Origin: Candidatus Hydrogenedentota bacterium
Lineage (GTDB): Bacteria > Hydrogenedentota > Hydrogenedentia > Hydrogenedentales > JAEUWI01
Direction: 5' to 3'
Length of the DNA stretch: 64,000 bases
Assembly (NCBI GenBank): GCA_034669905.1
Contig: JAXMOL010000006.1
Span: forward strand, 64,001-128,000
How positions within the stretch are numbered: the first letter of the stretch is position 1; the number at the start of each line of letters is the position of its first letter. Below are positions 1 through 10,437 of this stretch, piece by piece. The position numbers and the translations under genes were made by a program. The notes under the pieces were generated by a model. That model saw nothing but the letters and a program-made list of their open reading frames with translations. It was not told where the DNA came from and ran no database searches.

Positions 1-837
1 GCTTTCATGTCGGGCAAGCACGACACCATCGGTATCGATATTGTTTCCCACTGCGTCAACGACATCCTCGTGCAGGGTGCCCGACCTTTGTTCTTCCTCG
101 ATTACCTCGCGGTCGGCAAGCTGGAGCCTCAGGTGGTGGTGGATGTGGTGAAGGGGCTCACCGACGGCTGCCTCTATGCCGGTTGCGCCCTGATTGGCGG
201 TGAGACGGCCGAGATGCCCGATATGTATCAGCCGGGAGAATATGACCTGGCCGGCACCATCGTCGGTGTGGTAGACCGCAGCAAGATCATCGACGGTACG
301 AACATCAACGCGGGGGACGCCATCATCGGCATCCCATCCTCCGGTCTCCACACCAACGGCTACAGCCTGGCGCGGAAGATTTGCTTTGAAGTGGCGGGGC
401 TCGATATTCACGACGAGATGCCTGGTGTGGGCCGTTCCGTGGCGGAAGCGCTGATGGAGCCCCACCTGAGCTACGCCAAGCTCATGCAGATTGTTATGAA
501 AGTCGTGAAGGTGAAGGGCATGGCCCACATCACTGGCGGTGGTATCACGGACAACCTGCCCCGCGTATTGCCCGATGGTCACTCGGCGGAGATTGACCTC
601 CAGAGCTGGACGGTTCCGCCCCTCTTCAAGTTTCTGCAGGAAACGGGCAACGTGGCGGAGTCCGAAATGCTGCGCACCTTCAACATGGGCCAGGGTTTCC
701 TTTTCGTGGTGCCCCAGAATCAGGCTGAGAAGGCGCTGGAGACGGTTAACCTTACGGGTACGGACGCCTACCGCGTGGGCGAAGTCATCGCGGGCGACGG
801 ACAGATTCACTACAAGGGCACGCTGAACTATGGCTAA
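1..837 (+). CDS. purM: Phosphoribosylformylglycinamidine cyclo-ligase (AIR synthetase), 5'-truncated by window edge
   Basis: Motifs CVNDILVQGARPLFFLDY, GGETAEMP, SSGLHTNGYSL, HITGGG, RTFNMG; frame is open to base 1. Confidence 0.97.
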   Translation, partial: AFMSGKHDTIGIDIVSHCVNDILVQGARPLFFLDYLAVGKLEPQVVVDVVKGLTDGCLYAGCALIGGETAEMPDMYQPGEYDLAGTIVGVVDRSKIIDGTNINAGDAIIGIPSSGLHTNGYSLARKICFEVAGLDIHDEMPGVGRSVAEALMEPHLSYAKLMQIVMKVVKVKGMAHITGGGITDNLPRVLPDGHSAEIDLQSWTVPPLFKFLQETGNVAESEMLRTFNMGQGFLFVVPQNQAEKALETVNLTGTDAYRVGEVIAGDGQIHYKGTLNYG

Positions 838-3787
838 TCGTATCGAAGTCGCCATGCAGGCCAACCAGCCCGACCCGGCGGGTGAGGCGGTGCGTCTCAA
901 GCTCCACGAAGATCTTCACGTGACCGTGGAATCCGTGCGGGTGATTGACGTGTACGCCATTCATGCCGACCTCAGTGAGGCCGAGCTGGAGAAGGTGCGG
1001 ACCGAGCTTTTCACCGACCCCATCATCCAGACCTCGGCGTTGAACCGCTCGCTGGCACAGAATTTTGACTACGTCGTGGAAGTGGGCTTTCGCCCTGGCG
1101 TAACCGACAACGTGGGTCGGAGCTCCCTCGAAGGGGTGGAAGACACGCTGGGCCGTGATCTCGGACCCGACGCAGCGGTCTTTAAGTCGACCCAGTATGT
1201 TATCCAGGGAATCAGTGAAGCCGATTGTGCGCGCGTGACCAAGCGTGCCCTGGCCAACGAGCTCATCGAGCGGTGGGCCATCAAGTCTCCCGTTGAGATG
1301 GCGGCGCTGAATCATGCGCCCTTGTTGGACGAGCCCCTGGTGACGGACGTAAGCGACCCGACGGTCCACGAGATCGATCTGGAAATCGACGACGACGCCC
1401 TCCTTGCCCTGAGCCGCGAGATGATGCTGGCCCTGGAGTTGGTGGAGATGCAGGCCATTCAGGCCCACTACCGCGATCCCGCCACCAAGGCGATGCGAAA
1501 GGAAGCGGGCCTGCCCGAGAAGCCGACCGACATTGAGTTGGAAATCCTGGCCCAGACCTGGTCGGAACACTGCAAGCACAAGATTTTCGCGGCAGACGTG
1601 GATTACACCGACGCCGAAGGCACGACCCGCCGTATCGATGGGCTCTTTAAAAATTACGTGAAGGCCACCACGGATATCGTGGGCGAAAAAGTCGATTGGC
1701 TCATCAGCGTCTTCCACGACAACGCGGGCATTGTGAAGTTTACCGATGACTATCACTTCGCGCTGAAGGCCGAGACCCACAACAGTCCTTCGGCACTCGA
1801 TCCCTACGGCGGTGCCATGACGGGTATCGTCGGCGTGAACCGGGACATTCTGGGTGCGGGGCAGGGCTGCCGCTGCATCTTCAATACCGACGTGTTCTGC
1901 TTTGCTTCGCCCGATTATGAAGGGGAGATTCCCGACCGCTTGCTCCACCCGCGACGGGTCCTTCGCGGCGTACACCGCGGTGTGGTGGATGGCGGGAACG
2001 AAAGTGGCATTCCCACGGTCAACGGCGCCATTGTCTTTCACGAGCGTTTCCTCGGAAAGCCCCTCGTCTTTGTGGGCACCGGCGGACTCATCCCCGTCGA
2101 GGTGAACGGCGTGCCCAGCGAAGAAAAAGGGGCCCGTCCCGGCGACAAGATCATCATGGCCGGCGGGCGCATCGGTAAAGACGGCATCCACGGCGCCACC
2201 TTCTCCTCCGAAGAGTTGCACGAAGGTTCGCCGGCCACCGCCGTGCAGATTGGTGACCCCATCACCCAAAAGAAACTGGCGGACTTTCTCATGGAAGCCC
2301 GCGATTTGGGACTCTATACCTGCGTCACCGACAACGGTGCGGGTGGTCTTTCCTCCAGCATCGGCGAAATGGCCGAAACCCCGGGTGGTGCCGCCATTCA
2401 TCTCGATAAGTGCCCCCTTAAATATGCCGGCCTGGCGCCCTGGGAGATTTTCCTTTCCGAAGCCCAGGAGCGGATGACCCTCGCCGTCGCCCCGGAAAAG
2501 GTGGACGCCCTCCTTGATCTGGCGAAGCGCCGCGAAGTGGATGCCACCGACATCGGTGAGTTTAATGATTCTGGTCGTCTTGACACCTATTACAATGGGG
2601 CCTTGATCGGTGCGTTGACCATGGAATTCCTCCATGACGGCGTGCCGAAAATGTGCCTGCCCGCCAAGCTCGAGCCCGTCTCCCTGACCGCGCCCGTACT
2701 GGAAACAAAGTCCGATCTCAACGACGATCTGAAAGCCGTGTTGGGTGCCCTCAACGTGGCCAGTAAAGAGAGCTTCGTGCGGATGTACGACCACGAAGTG
2801 CAGGGCAACAGTGTGGTCAAGCCTTTCCAGGGCGCCGAGTCCGACGGTCCGGGCAATGCCGGTGTGGTTCGTCCCGATCCGAACTCGAAAAAAGGGGTGG
2901 CGGTCGCCTGTGGCATCACGCCCAAGTATGCCGACCTGGACGCCTACCACATGATGGCCTGTGCCATCGACGAAGCGGTCCGTAACCTGGTGGCGACGGG
3001 CGCGAAGATGGGCACCATTGCCGGGCTCGATAATTTCTGTTGGCCCGACCCCGTGGAAAGCGAAAAGACGCCTGATGGTGCCCATAAGATGGCCCAGTTG
3101 GTGCGCTGCTGCGAGGCCCTCAAGGAAGTTTGTGTCGCCTATGACATCCCGCTCATCAGCGGTAAAGACAGCATGAAAAACGACTACAAGATCGGCGATA
3201 CCAAGATTTCGATTCCGCCGACCGTGTTGTTTACGGCCTCGGCCATTCTCGACGATGCCGACCAGGTGGTGACCATGGATGTGAAACGTCCGGGTGACAC
3301 GGTCTATGTGCTGGGCGAAACGAAAGACGAATTGGGCGGCAGCGAATACCTGTCTCTGTCACAGCAGTTGGGTGATAGGGTGCCCACGGTGGATCCGGTT
3401 CGTGCCCGTGCCCGTTACGAAGCGCTGCACCAGGCCATTACCCAGGGACTTGTGGCTTCCTGTCACGATTGTTCCGATGGGGGGCTGGGTGCCGCCTTGG
3501 CCGAGTCCGCCTTCGCGGGGGGCTTCGGCATGAAGGTCGATCTGGCGCCCCTGGGACTGGACAACGAACAGGTGGCGCTCTTCAGTGAAAGCCAGAGCCG
3601 TTTCGTCGCGACCGTTGCCGCAGACAAGGTGTCTGCCTTCGAGGCCCTGATGAATGATACGGGGTGTTATGCCCTGGGTCAGGTGACGGAGGTGCCTCAG
3701 TTGGTTATCACCGGCGCGGCTGGCACGGTGGTCGATGCACCCCTGTCTGAGCTGAAAGCCGCCTGGCAGGCGCCCTTGAACTACTAG
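830..3787 (+). CDS. purL: FGAM synthase synthetase subunit PurL with fused N-terminal PurS-like region
   Basis: QTWSEHCKHKIF, KAETHNSPS, DGIHGATFSS, DNGAGG, SEAQERM, ISGKDSMKND; N-terminal PurS-like segments (PGVTDNVG); no glutaminase domain; overlaps purM by 8 bp. Confidence 0.96.
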   Translation: MANRIEVAMQANQPDPAGEAVRLKLHEDLHVTVESVRVIDVYAIHADLSEAELEKVRTELFTDPIIQTSALNRSLAQNFDYVVEVGFRPGVTDNVGRSSLEGVEDTLGRDLGPDAAVFKSTQYVIQGISEADCARVTKRALANELIERWAIKSPVEMAALNHAPLLDEPLVTDVSDPTVHEIDLEIDDDALLALSREMMLALELVEMQAIQAHYRDPATKAMRKEAGLPEKPTDIELEILAQTWSEHCKHKIFAADVDYTDAEGTTRRIDGLFKNYVKATTDIVGEKVDWLISVFHDNAGIVKFTDDYHFALKAETHNSPSALDPYGGAMTGIVGVNRDILGAGQGCRCIFNTDVFCFASPDYEGEIPDRLLHPRRVLRGVHRGVVDGGNESGIPTVNGAIVFHERFLGKPLVFVGTGGLIPVEVNGVPSEEKGARPGDKIIMAGGRIGKDGIHGATFSSEELHEGSPATAVQIGDPITQKKLADFLMEARDLGLYTCVTDNGAGGLSSSIGEMAETPGGAAIHLDKCPLKYAGLAPWEIFLSEAQERMTLAVAPEKVDALLDLAKRREVDATDIGEFNDSGRLDTYYNGALIGALTMEFLHDGVPKMCLPAKLEPVSLTAPVLETKSDLNDDLKAVLGALNVASKESFVRMYDHEVQGNSVVKPFQGAESDGPGNAGVVRPDPNSKKGVAVACGITPKYADLDAYHMMACAIDEAVRNLVATGAKMGTIAGLDNFCWPDPVESEKTPDGAHKMAQLVRCCEALKEVCVAYDIPLISGKDSMKNDYKIGDTKISIPPTVLFTASAILDDADQVVTMDVKRPGDTVYVLGETKDELGGSEYLSLSQQLGDRVPTVDPVRARARYEALHQAITQGLVASCHDCSDGGLGAALAESAFAGGFGMKVDLAPLGLDNEQVALFSESQSRFVATVAADKVSAFEALMNDTGCYALGQVTEVPQLVITGAAGTVVDAPLSELKAAWQAPLNY

Positions 3788-3931
3788 GCCCCGGTCGTGA
3801 TCGGAATGATTGCGGCGCATACGCACGAGCTTACTGAGTTTTGAAAAACTCCCCGGTATCGGGGAGTTGCCCATCAGTCCCCGGACGATCCGGAGCAACT
3901 GCACTGGGCGGCGACATAAGGAGACACGAAC

Positions 3932-4723
3932 GTGTCGGTAAACGCACTCATACTTACCGGTTTCGGTATCAACTGCGACCGTGAAACGGCGCTGGCCTTT
4001 GAACGGGCCGGTGCCCGTGCCGAGCGGGTTCATCTGAATGATCTGGCCGAGAAGCCCGAACGGTTTCAGGAGTTTCAGATTCTCGCCGTACCCGGTGGAT
4101 TCTCTTTTGGCGATGACGTGGCGTCTGGCCGGATTCTGGCCAACCGTTTGCGCTATCGTCTGGGCGCACCGCTCCAGGACTTCGTGGCGGCGGGCAAGCT
4201 GGCCATCGGCATCTGCAATGGATTCCAGGTCATGGTGAAGATGGGATTGCTTCCTCTTTTCGAGGGCGAGTTTACCCAGGAAGTGACCTTGACCCACAAC
4301 AATGCCGGACGCTTCGACAATCGTTGGGTCAATCTCAACGTCAATGCCGATTCGCCCTGTGTCTGGACCCAGGGAATGGCGCGGCTGGAAGTGCCCATTC
4401 GCCACGGCGAAGGCAAGTTCATCCCCCGGGATGATGCCACCTTAGCCCGCCTTCAGGATCAAGGGCAGATTGTGCTGCGTTATGCCCATGCCGACGGCCG
4501 GGTCGCCAACGGCTCCTTCCCGGAAAATCCCAATGGCTCTATCGACGACGTGGCCGGAATTTGTGATCCGTCCGGGCGCATCTTCGGGCTCATGCCCCAC
4601 CCGGAAGCCTTCCTCCACCGGAGCAACCATCCCCGCTGGACCCGTGAAGAACTGCCGGAAGAAGGTGCGGGACTCCAGCTGTTTAAGAACGCGGTGAACT
4701 TTGCGGCGAAGGAATTGGCGTAG
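3932..4723 (+). CDS. purQ: FGAM synthase glutaminase subunit PurQ
   Basis: GINCD, PGGFSFGD, catalytic GICNGFQ and MPHPE; GTG start after AAGGAG. Confidence 0.96.
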   Translation: MSVNALILTGFGINCDRETALAFERAGARAERVHLNDLAEKPERFQEFQILAVPGGFSFGDDVASGRILANRLRYRLGAPLQDFVAAGKLAIGICNGFQVMVKMGLLPLFEGEFTQEVTLTHNNAGRFDNRWVNLNVNADSPCVWTQGMARLEVPIRHGEGKFIPRDDATLARLQDQGQIVLRYAHADGRVANGSFPENPNGSIDDVAGICDPSGRIFGLMPHPEAFLHRSNHPRWTREELPEEGAGLQLFKNAVNFAAKELA

Positions 4724-4801
4724 GGCAGTGCATGGGCTGTGGCGATGCCCTGGTCTCCACCACGCTTTCTTCAACCAACGCACGTCTGCCGCAGGGTGTC
4801 C

Positions 4802-5233
4802 CTAGAGGGTTTCCCCGAAGGCGTCGAGCACCCGTTTGCCGTCGATGCTGCACTGGTCAGATACGCACCGGCCGCTCTCCGTCTGGACCCAATCTTCCGA
4901 ACCCTGTCGGGTGTAGAAGAACTCGTAGCCTTCGATGCGGGGCTCGTTATTGCTTCCCGAATGTTCCACATAGACGGAAATCTTGCCAATAGCGGGTCCG
5001 AAGAGGATATAGGGTCGGGCGACGGCCACCTCCGCCCCGATACGTTGGGCCGACGATTCCAGCCCCTTCTTCGTGGGGCGGAATTCCTCGATTTTGGCCT
5101 GGGCCAGCCCGCCCAGTTCTTGCTCAAGAAAGCTGAGTTGGTAGGCGCTTACGCCCCAGGCCAGACAGAGGGTGCCCAGGAGTACTGCGCCCACCCGTAG
5201 CGTCCACCCTGAATTTTCTTTCACGTCCCACAT
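4802..5233 (-). CDS. Hypothetical membrane-anchored or exported protein
   Basis: 143-aa ORF with N-terminal hydrophobic helix (VGAVLLGTLCLAWGV), fills gap between purQ and rnd. Confidence 0.7.
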   Translation of the reverse strand: MWDVKENSGWTLRVGAVLLGTLCLAWGVSAYQLSFLEQELGGLAQAKIEEFRPTKKGLESSAQRIGAEVAVARPYILFGPAIGKISVYVEHSGSNNEPRIEGYEFFYTRQGSEDWVQTESGRCVSDQCSIDGKRVLDAFGETL

Positions 5234-5494
5234 TCCTTAACCTTTCCCAATCGGCCCCAATCCTGTTATATTAGTCCGTGATGTATTCTTGGTGGTGTCC
5301 TGTTGATACCGCTCCATTTTAGGGCGTGGTGTCAGGCGGGTACAACTGCAAGAATACGGAATAATGCGATTTCGTGTTGTCATGGGTATAATGACCATGC
5401 GCGTGGCGCGGGCAGCAGTCGCCGCGTGTACGTGAATAATGTAGATTTTCGGGTCGTTTCGTGCCCCCGAAACGAACTGGATGCAGGATTGAGC

Positions 5495-6616
5495 GTGTCG
5501 TCCGAGACATATGAATACATAGAGACCCAACCCGCTTGGGACTCCTGCCTCGCCTTGCTCGAACGCGAGCCAATTGTCGCGGTTGATCTGGAAGCCAATA
5601 GTCTTTACGCCTACCGTGAGCAAGTCTGTCTTATACAGATTTCCATTCCGGGCAATGACTACATTGTCGATCCCCTGGCCGATATTGATCTCTCCGGTTT
5701 CGGACGCCTGCTTGGTAATCCGGCCATCGAAAAAGTATTTCACGCATCCGAATACGATCTGATGCTGCTCATGCGGGACTACGACTGGCAGTTGCGTAAT
5801 CTCTTTGACACCATGTGGGCGGCACGTATCCTGGGCTACAAACATATGGGGTTGGCCTGGTTTCTTCGGGAATTCTATGGCGTTGAGCTGACGAAGAAAT
5901 ACCAGAAGGCCAACTGGGGTGCCCGCCCCTTATTGCCTGAACTGCTGGCCTATGCCCAGGCGGATACCCACCACTTGCTCGATCTGCGCCATGCCCTGGC
6001 CGAGCGGCTGGAGGAAGCAGGGCGCATGCAAGAGGCCCTGGAAATCTTTGAGCAGCAATGCCAGGTTCGTCTGCCCGACCAGGAATTTACGCCCGATGGG
6101 TTCTGGTCCATTCGTGGTGCCCGAACCCTGGCGCCCAATGAGCAGGCGGTTCTGAAAGCACTCTACGTCTTTCGGGACGAAGAGTCCCGCCGTCGTAATC
6201 AACCGGCCTTTAAGGTGTTGAACAACGAAGGCCTCGTTGGCATGGCGACGGCACTGCCGGACAGCAAAGAGGCATTGGGCAAGGTGCGGGGCATCGGGGT
6301 GCGCAATGTGGAGCGCTACGGGTCTCGCTTGTTGGAAATCATCCGCACCGCCCAGTCCGATCCGGCACCGGAGCGGCCCAAACGAAAGAAGCGGCCGGAC
6401 CCCAAGGCCGCCGATCGATTCGAGAAATTGTCCCAATGGCGTCGGGACCGAGCCCAGGCGCGGGGCGTGGAGTCGGATGTGATCCTGTCTCGCGAGACCA
6501 TGTGGGATATTGCGCGGGGCAACCCCAATTCTCTGGATGATCTGGCGCAGATACCGGGGATTGGGCCCTGTCGCCTCGATCTCCACGGGGAAGCCATTCT
6601 GGATGAATTAGACTAG
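5495..6616 (+). CDS. rnd: Ribonuclease D family 3'-5' exonuclease with two HRDC domains
   Basis: AVDLEANS, CLIQIS, KVFHASEYD, FDTMWAA, YAQAD exonuclease motifs and two HRDC-like C-terminal repeats; start moved from 5303 to GTG at 5495 after GCAGGA. Confidence 0.9.
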   Translation: MSSETYEYIETQPAWDSCLALLEREPIVAVDLEANSLYAYREQVCLIQISIPGNDYIVDPLADIDLSGFGRLLGNPAIEKVFHASEYDLMLLMRDYDWQLRNLFDTMWAARILGYKHMGLAWFLREFYGVELTKKYQKANWGARPLLPELLAYAQADTHHLLDLRHALAERLEEAGRMQEALEIFEQQCQVRLPDQEFTPDGFWSIRGARTLAPNEQAVLKALYVFRDEESRRRNQPAFKVLNNEGLVGMATALPDSKEALGKVRGIGVRNVERYGSRLLEIIRTAQSDPAPERPKRKKRPDPKAADRFEKLSQWRRDRAQARGVESDVILSRETMWDIARGNPNSLDDLAQIPGIGPCRLDLHGEAILDELD

Positions 6617-6736
6617 GGGGGGCTGCTCCGTCGCGATCATTCAATCCGGGGGGGTGAATGTGCTATATTGCTACGGGCTGCGGGGAGAGCAATCCCGTCG
6701 CTTCGCACGGGCCAGTCACCGAGAAATTACTACTAC

Positions 6737-8032
6737 ATGGACGCTCACGATCCCCATACATCACCTCCCCCAAGCCCCGATGACGTAAACCCGCGCCTCG
6801 TCAAAGTGGCCCGTCTCGAATTTCTCCTTTTGCTTGGGCGTTATGCCATCCTTGCGCTTTATGGCCTGCTCTACCACTACGAGAAGGCCCCCTTCGATGG
6901 CTGGGGCTTGCTTGTACTCGCGGTCCCGTATTTGGTGCATAACGCGGCCGTACACTGGATCGGCAACGCGGGCCGCTATCACCTCTATCTCCGGGGGGCC
7001 AATCTGCTGGTTCATCTGGTGCAGATCACCATACTGGTTACCTTGACCGGAGCCGAAAACAGCCCCTTCACGATCGCGTTTTTCTTTGTGTTGTTGGCCC
7101 AGGTGTTTTACGCGCCCCATTTTCGACATATTCATACCGTTGTTTTCGGTTGTGTCATTGCGTACCTCATGGCCGTTGTGGCCCATGTCATTGTCGATAA
7201 AACGCCGCCCTCCTGGTTGCGATTGGTCGTCACGCTCGGCGGGATGGTGTTCTGCTACGGGCTCATTCGCGCCCTCGCCAACCTGCTTTTCACGATTGAA
7301 TTGGGACTCCAGACCCGCGCACAGGAGTTGGCGTCTTCCAAGGCAACCTTGCGGACCATACTCGACTCGGCTGGCGGTGCGATTATTGTGTACGATGAGA
7401 ACGAGTTCATTACCGATGGCAATGCCCGGGCCTGTGAGTTCTTCAAGCGCCCCCGGGAGCGGCTACTCGGGCTGCGCTTTCGTCAGTTCTTTTTTGATGA
7501 CGGCACCTTGCCGAGTAAGCTGGCCACCTTGAACGCCCGGGGCGAATACCAGGGCGAACTCCTTGCCGTGCTCCCGGAAGGGGACGAGTTCAACGTGAAT
7601 GTGTCGGTGCGATCATTCATTCAGGAAGGCCGCCGCTTCTTCGTGGCGCTGCTCCACGATGTGACGGAGCAGAAGCACATTCAGGAAGCGACCCGGAAGG
7701 CCAATATCCGCCTGGAGCAGATTAACCAGGAACTCCAGCAGGTAGATTCGCTCCGCAACGCCTTTTTCGGGGCGGTGTCGCAACGGCTTCGTTCCCCCCT
7801 TTCCGCCATCCTGGGGTATGCTGATTTGCTGCTGGAGGAGGAGCTGGGGGCGCTGAATGCGGAACAGCGTAAAGCGGTCCAGAGTTGCCGGCGCAGTGTT
7901 ACCCGTGTTTTTGGTTTGGTCGATGAGGCCTTCGAAGATCAGCGGAGCGCCAGCAGGGAAGGCCAAATCCCGACGGCCCCCCTGCAGAACGTGCCCTCTT
8001 CGTCCGCACGAATCGGAAGTCATTCCGACTGA
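6737..8032 (+). CDS. Membrane PAS-domain protein with degenerate HisKA domain (pseudokinase, no HATPase domain)
   Basis: Several N-terminal TM helices, PAS (ILDSAGGAIIVYD...HDVTEQK), coiled coil, HisKA-like VSQRLRSPLSAILGY, then stop. Confidence 0.85.
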   Translation: MDAHDPHTSPPPSPDDVNPRLVKVARLEFLLLLGRYAILALYGLLYHYEKAPFDGWGLLVLAVPYLVHNAAVHWIGNAGRYHLYLRGANLLVHLVQITILVTLTGAENSPFTIAFFFVLLAQVFYAPHFRHIHTVVFGCVIAYLMAVVAHVIVDKTPPSWLRLVVTLGGMVFCYGLIRALANLLFTIELGLQTRAQELASSKATLRTILDSAGGAIIVYDENEFITDGNARACEFFKRPRERLLGLRFRQFFFDDGTLPSKLATLNARGEYQGELLAVLPEGDEFNVNVSVRSFIQEGRRFFVALLHDVTEQKHIQEATRKANIRLEQINQELQQVDSLRNAFFGAVSQRLRSPLSAILGYADLLLEEELGALNAEQRKAVQSCRRSVTRVFGLVDEAFEDQRSASREGQIPTAPLQNVPSSSARIGSHSD

Positions 8033-8153
8033 GTGGGCGCCATTTCCCGCGCCTTCTATTGATCCCGAATCCACCCACATGAGACAATAAAGGCCCCTTG
8101 GAGACCCATTCGCAGGTTTCCGCCACGTTACTGAATCAGGAAGGATTCCCACG

Positions 8154-9374
8154 ATGTCCGAGCTACAAGGTAAGGCTCTCGTCGCCCAGGGCGGCGGACC
8201 GACCGCAGTTATTAACCAGAGTTTTGTCGGTGCCGTGCTGGAAGCACGCAAATCCCCCTATGTTTCCCATGTTTATGGTGCCCTCCACGGTGTGAATGGC
8301 ATTATCAACGAGAACTTCATCGACCTGACCGAAGCCACCACGCACAATCTTGAAGCCGTGGCGCAAACCCCTTCGTCCGGATTGCTTTCCACCCGGGACA
8401 AGCCCGACGTGGAGTATTGCAAAAAGATTTTCGGCATTTGTAAGCTTCATGGCATCCGCTATTTCATGTATTGCGGTGGTAACGACAGTGCCGATACCTG
8501 CCGCATCGTGAATGAAGAAGCCAACAAGGCGGGCTACGAGCTGCGGGTTATTCACATCCCCAAGACCATCGACAACGACCTGCTTGTCACCGACCACTGC
8601 CCGGGATTTGGCTCGGCCGCCCGCTATGTGGCCCAGGCCTTTGCCGGCGTGAATCTTGATAACCGTGCCCTTCCGGGCGTGTACCTCGGCATCATCATGG
8701 GGCGTCACGCCGGGTTCCTTACGGCGGCCTCCTGCATGGCCCGGAAGTACTCCGACGACGGTCCCCACCTTATCTATCTTCCCGAGCGGCCCCTCTCCAA
8801 AGAGCAGTTTGTCTCGGATATCGAGGCGGTCTATAAGAAGCATGGCCGTTGTATCGTGGCCGTTTCGGAAGGCGTCGTGGATGCCGACGGGAAAGCCATT
8901 GCCGAGCAGTTTACCGGTGGTGAGCGGGATGCCCACGGCAACGTGCAGCTTTCCGGAACCGGTGCCCTGGGCGATTTGCTCAGCTCCTGGGTGAAAGAAG
9001 GTACTGATATTTCCCGCGTGCGCGCCGATACGCTGGGCTACATTCAGCGTAGCTTCCTGGGCTGTGTCAGCGAGAGTGACGCGCGGGAAGCCCGTGAAGT
9101 CGGCGAAAAAGCCGCCCAGTATGCTATCTGGCACAACCAGGATGGCTCCGTGGCCATGCGCCGCGTCGGTGACTATGCGATTGAGTACTTCCTCACGCCG
9201 CTGGAAACGGTGGCCCGGAACAGCCGCGAGATGGCCGATGAATTCATCAACGAGGCCGGTAACGATGTGACCGAAGCCTTCCGCAACTACGTACGTCCCC
9301 TCGTAGGGGACTTGCCACTTGCCGAGCGTATCAGCGCACCGGCCGTTCCTAAGATTGCGTCGAAGAACAGCTGA
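8154..9374 (+). CDS. pfp: Phosphofructokinase, probably PPi-dependent
   Basis: GGGPTAVIN, GGNDS (Asp typical of PPi-dependent enzymes), PKTIDND, MGRHAG. Confidence 0.9.
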   Translation: MSELQGKALVAQGGGPTAVINQSFVGAVLEARKSPYVSHVYGALHGVNGIINENFIDLTEATTHNLEAVAQTPSSGLLSTRDKPDVEYCKKIFGICKLHGIRYFMYCGGNDSADTCRIVNEEANKAGYELRVIHIPKTIDNDLLVTDHCPGFGSAARYVAQAFAGVNLDNRALPGVYLGIIMGRHAGFLTAASCMARKYSDDGPHLIYLPERPLSKEQFVSDIEAVYKKHGRCIVAVSEGVVDADGKAIAEQFTGGERDAHGNVQLSGTGALGDLLSSWVKEGTDISRVRADTLGYIQRSFLGCVSESDAREAREVGEKAAQYAIWHNQDGSVAMRRVGDYAIEYFLTPLETVARNSREMADEFINEAGNDVTEAFRNYVRPLVGDLPLAERISAPAVPKIASKNS

Positions 9375-9398
9375 CCGCAGTCATTTAATCGCTTGTTC

Positions 9399-9436
9399 AG
9401 TGCCGGTCATGTTCTCGTGCATGGCCGGCACTTTTT
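9399..9436 (+). terminator. Intrinsic terminator after pfp
   Basis: AGTGCCGGTCATG / CATGGCCGGCACT stem followed by T run. Confidence 0.7.
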
Positions 9437-9526
9437 ACAGAGGGAAGGGTGCTTCGAAGCGAAGGCGTCGGAGTGATACGCGAAACGAAACGTCGCGCAC
9501 GCGGCGAACAACCGAGGACTCCTATC

Positions 9527-10408
9527 ATGCCCAAGTCAGACGACGTCGACTGGTTCAAACAGACCTTGCGCGCTACCTTTCCTTATCTGGTATTTATCTT
9601 CGTGTTTATTCTGGGGACCGTCCTCATCATGGTGTGGGCGGCCTATGCGGAGGAAGCCGGGAAGCCCACGCTCCTTCCCCAGGCCCACTCCCACAATGAC
9701 TACTATCGGGAGCGACCGCTGGAAGATGCGTTGGCACTCGGCTTTTGCAGTGTCGAGGCCGATATTCATCTGGTCGACGGCACCTTGCTCGTGGCCCACG
9801 ATCTCGACAAGGTGTCGGCGGAAAAGACCTTGAGCGCCCTCTATCTCCAGCCGCTCTACGCGCGCTTTCAGCAGTTCGGAAGTATCTACCCGGAAGCGGC
9901 CCCCTTCCAGCTGCTCATAGATATCAAGAGCGACGGTGAAAGCACCTTTGCGGCACTGCAGCAGGAGCTCCTTGCCTTCGAATCCATGTTGACCCACTTC
10001 ACTGCGGATTCGACCACGCCCGGCGCGGTTACCGTGGTGGTCTCGGGCAACCGGGCTGTGGATGCTATTCTGGGCGCAAAACCCCGGCTGTCGGGTATCG
10101 ACGGGCGCCTCCAGGATTTGGATGGTGCCTATACGGCCCATCAGATGCCCCTCATCAGTGACAACTGGACCAAGCATTTTCGCTGGCGCGGTAAGGGGGA
10201 CCTCCCCGAAGCGGAAATGGAACGGCTCCGGTCTATCGTCACGCAGACCCATGAAAAGGGCATGCGCCTGCGCTTCTGGGCAACCCCGCAGCGGGACGAT
10301 GTGTGGGCCACGCTCTACGCGGCGGGCGTTGATGTCTTGAATGCCGACGACTTGAAGGCCCTTCGGGACGTATTGCAGGCTGCCGACGCCGAAAAAGCAG
10401 GTCGTTAA
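9527..10408 (+). CDS. Membrane-anchored PLC-like / glycerophosphodiester phosphodiesterase family protein
   Basis: N-terminal TM helix, AHSHNDY, SVEADIHL, LLVAHD, LLIDIK, LRFWATP; ATG at 9527 after GAGG. Confidence 0.8.
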   Translation: MPKSDDVDWFKQTLRATFPYLVFIFVFILGTVLIMVWAAYAEEAGKPTLLPQAHSHNDYYRERPLEDALALGFCSVEADIHLVDGTLLVAHDLDKVSAEKTLSALYLQPLYARFQQFGSIYPEAAPFQLLIDIKSDGESTFAALQQELLAFESMLTHFTADSTTPGAVTVVVSGNRAVDAILGAKPRLSGIDGRLQDLDGAYTAHQMPLISDNWTKHFRWRGKGDLPEAEMERLRSIVTQTHEKGMRLRFWATPQRDDVWATLYAAGVDVLNADDLKALRDVLQAADAEKAGR

Positions 10409-10437
10409 TCGCTTCTACTACCGAAAGCAGGAATTTC

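Noticed and set aside
785..3085. Long antisense ORFs (766 aa here; also 18398-19852, 22101-24527, 31643-33475, 48174-49868)
   Set aside because: They mirror well-identified genes on the opposite strand, lack motifs, and are expected from high-GC codon bias
3847..3868. Hairpin AACTCCCCG-gtat-CGGGGAGTT between purL and purQ as riboswitch or terminator
   Set aside because: No recognisable aptamer consensus and no clear U-tract on the plus strand
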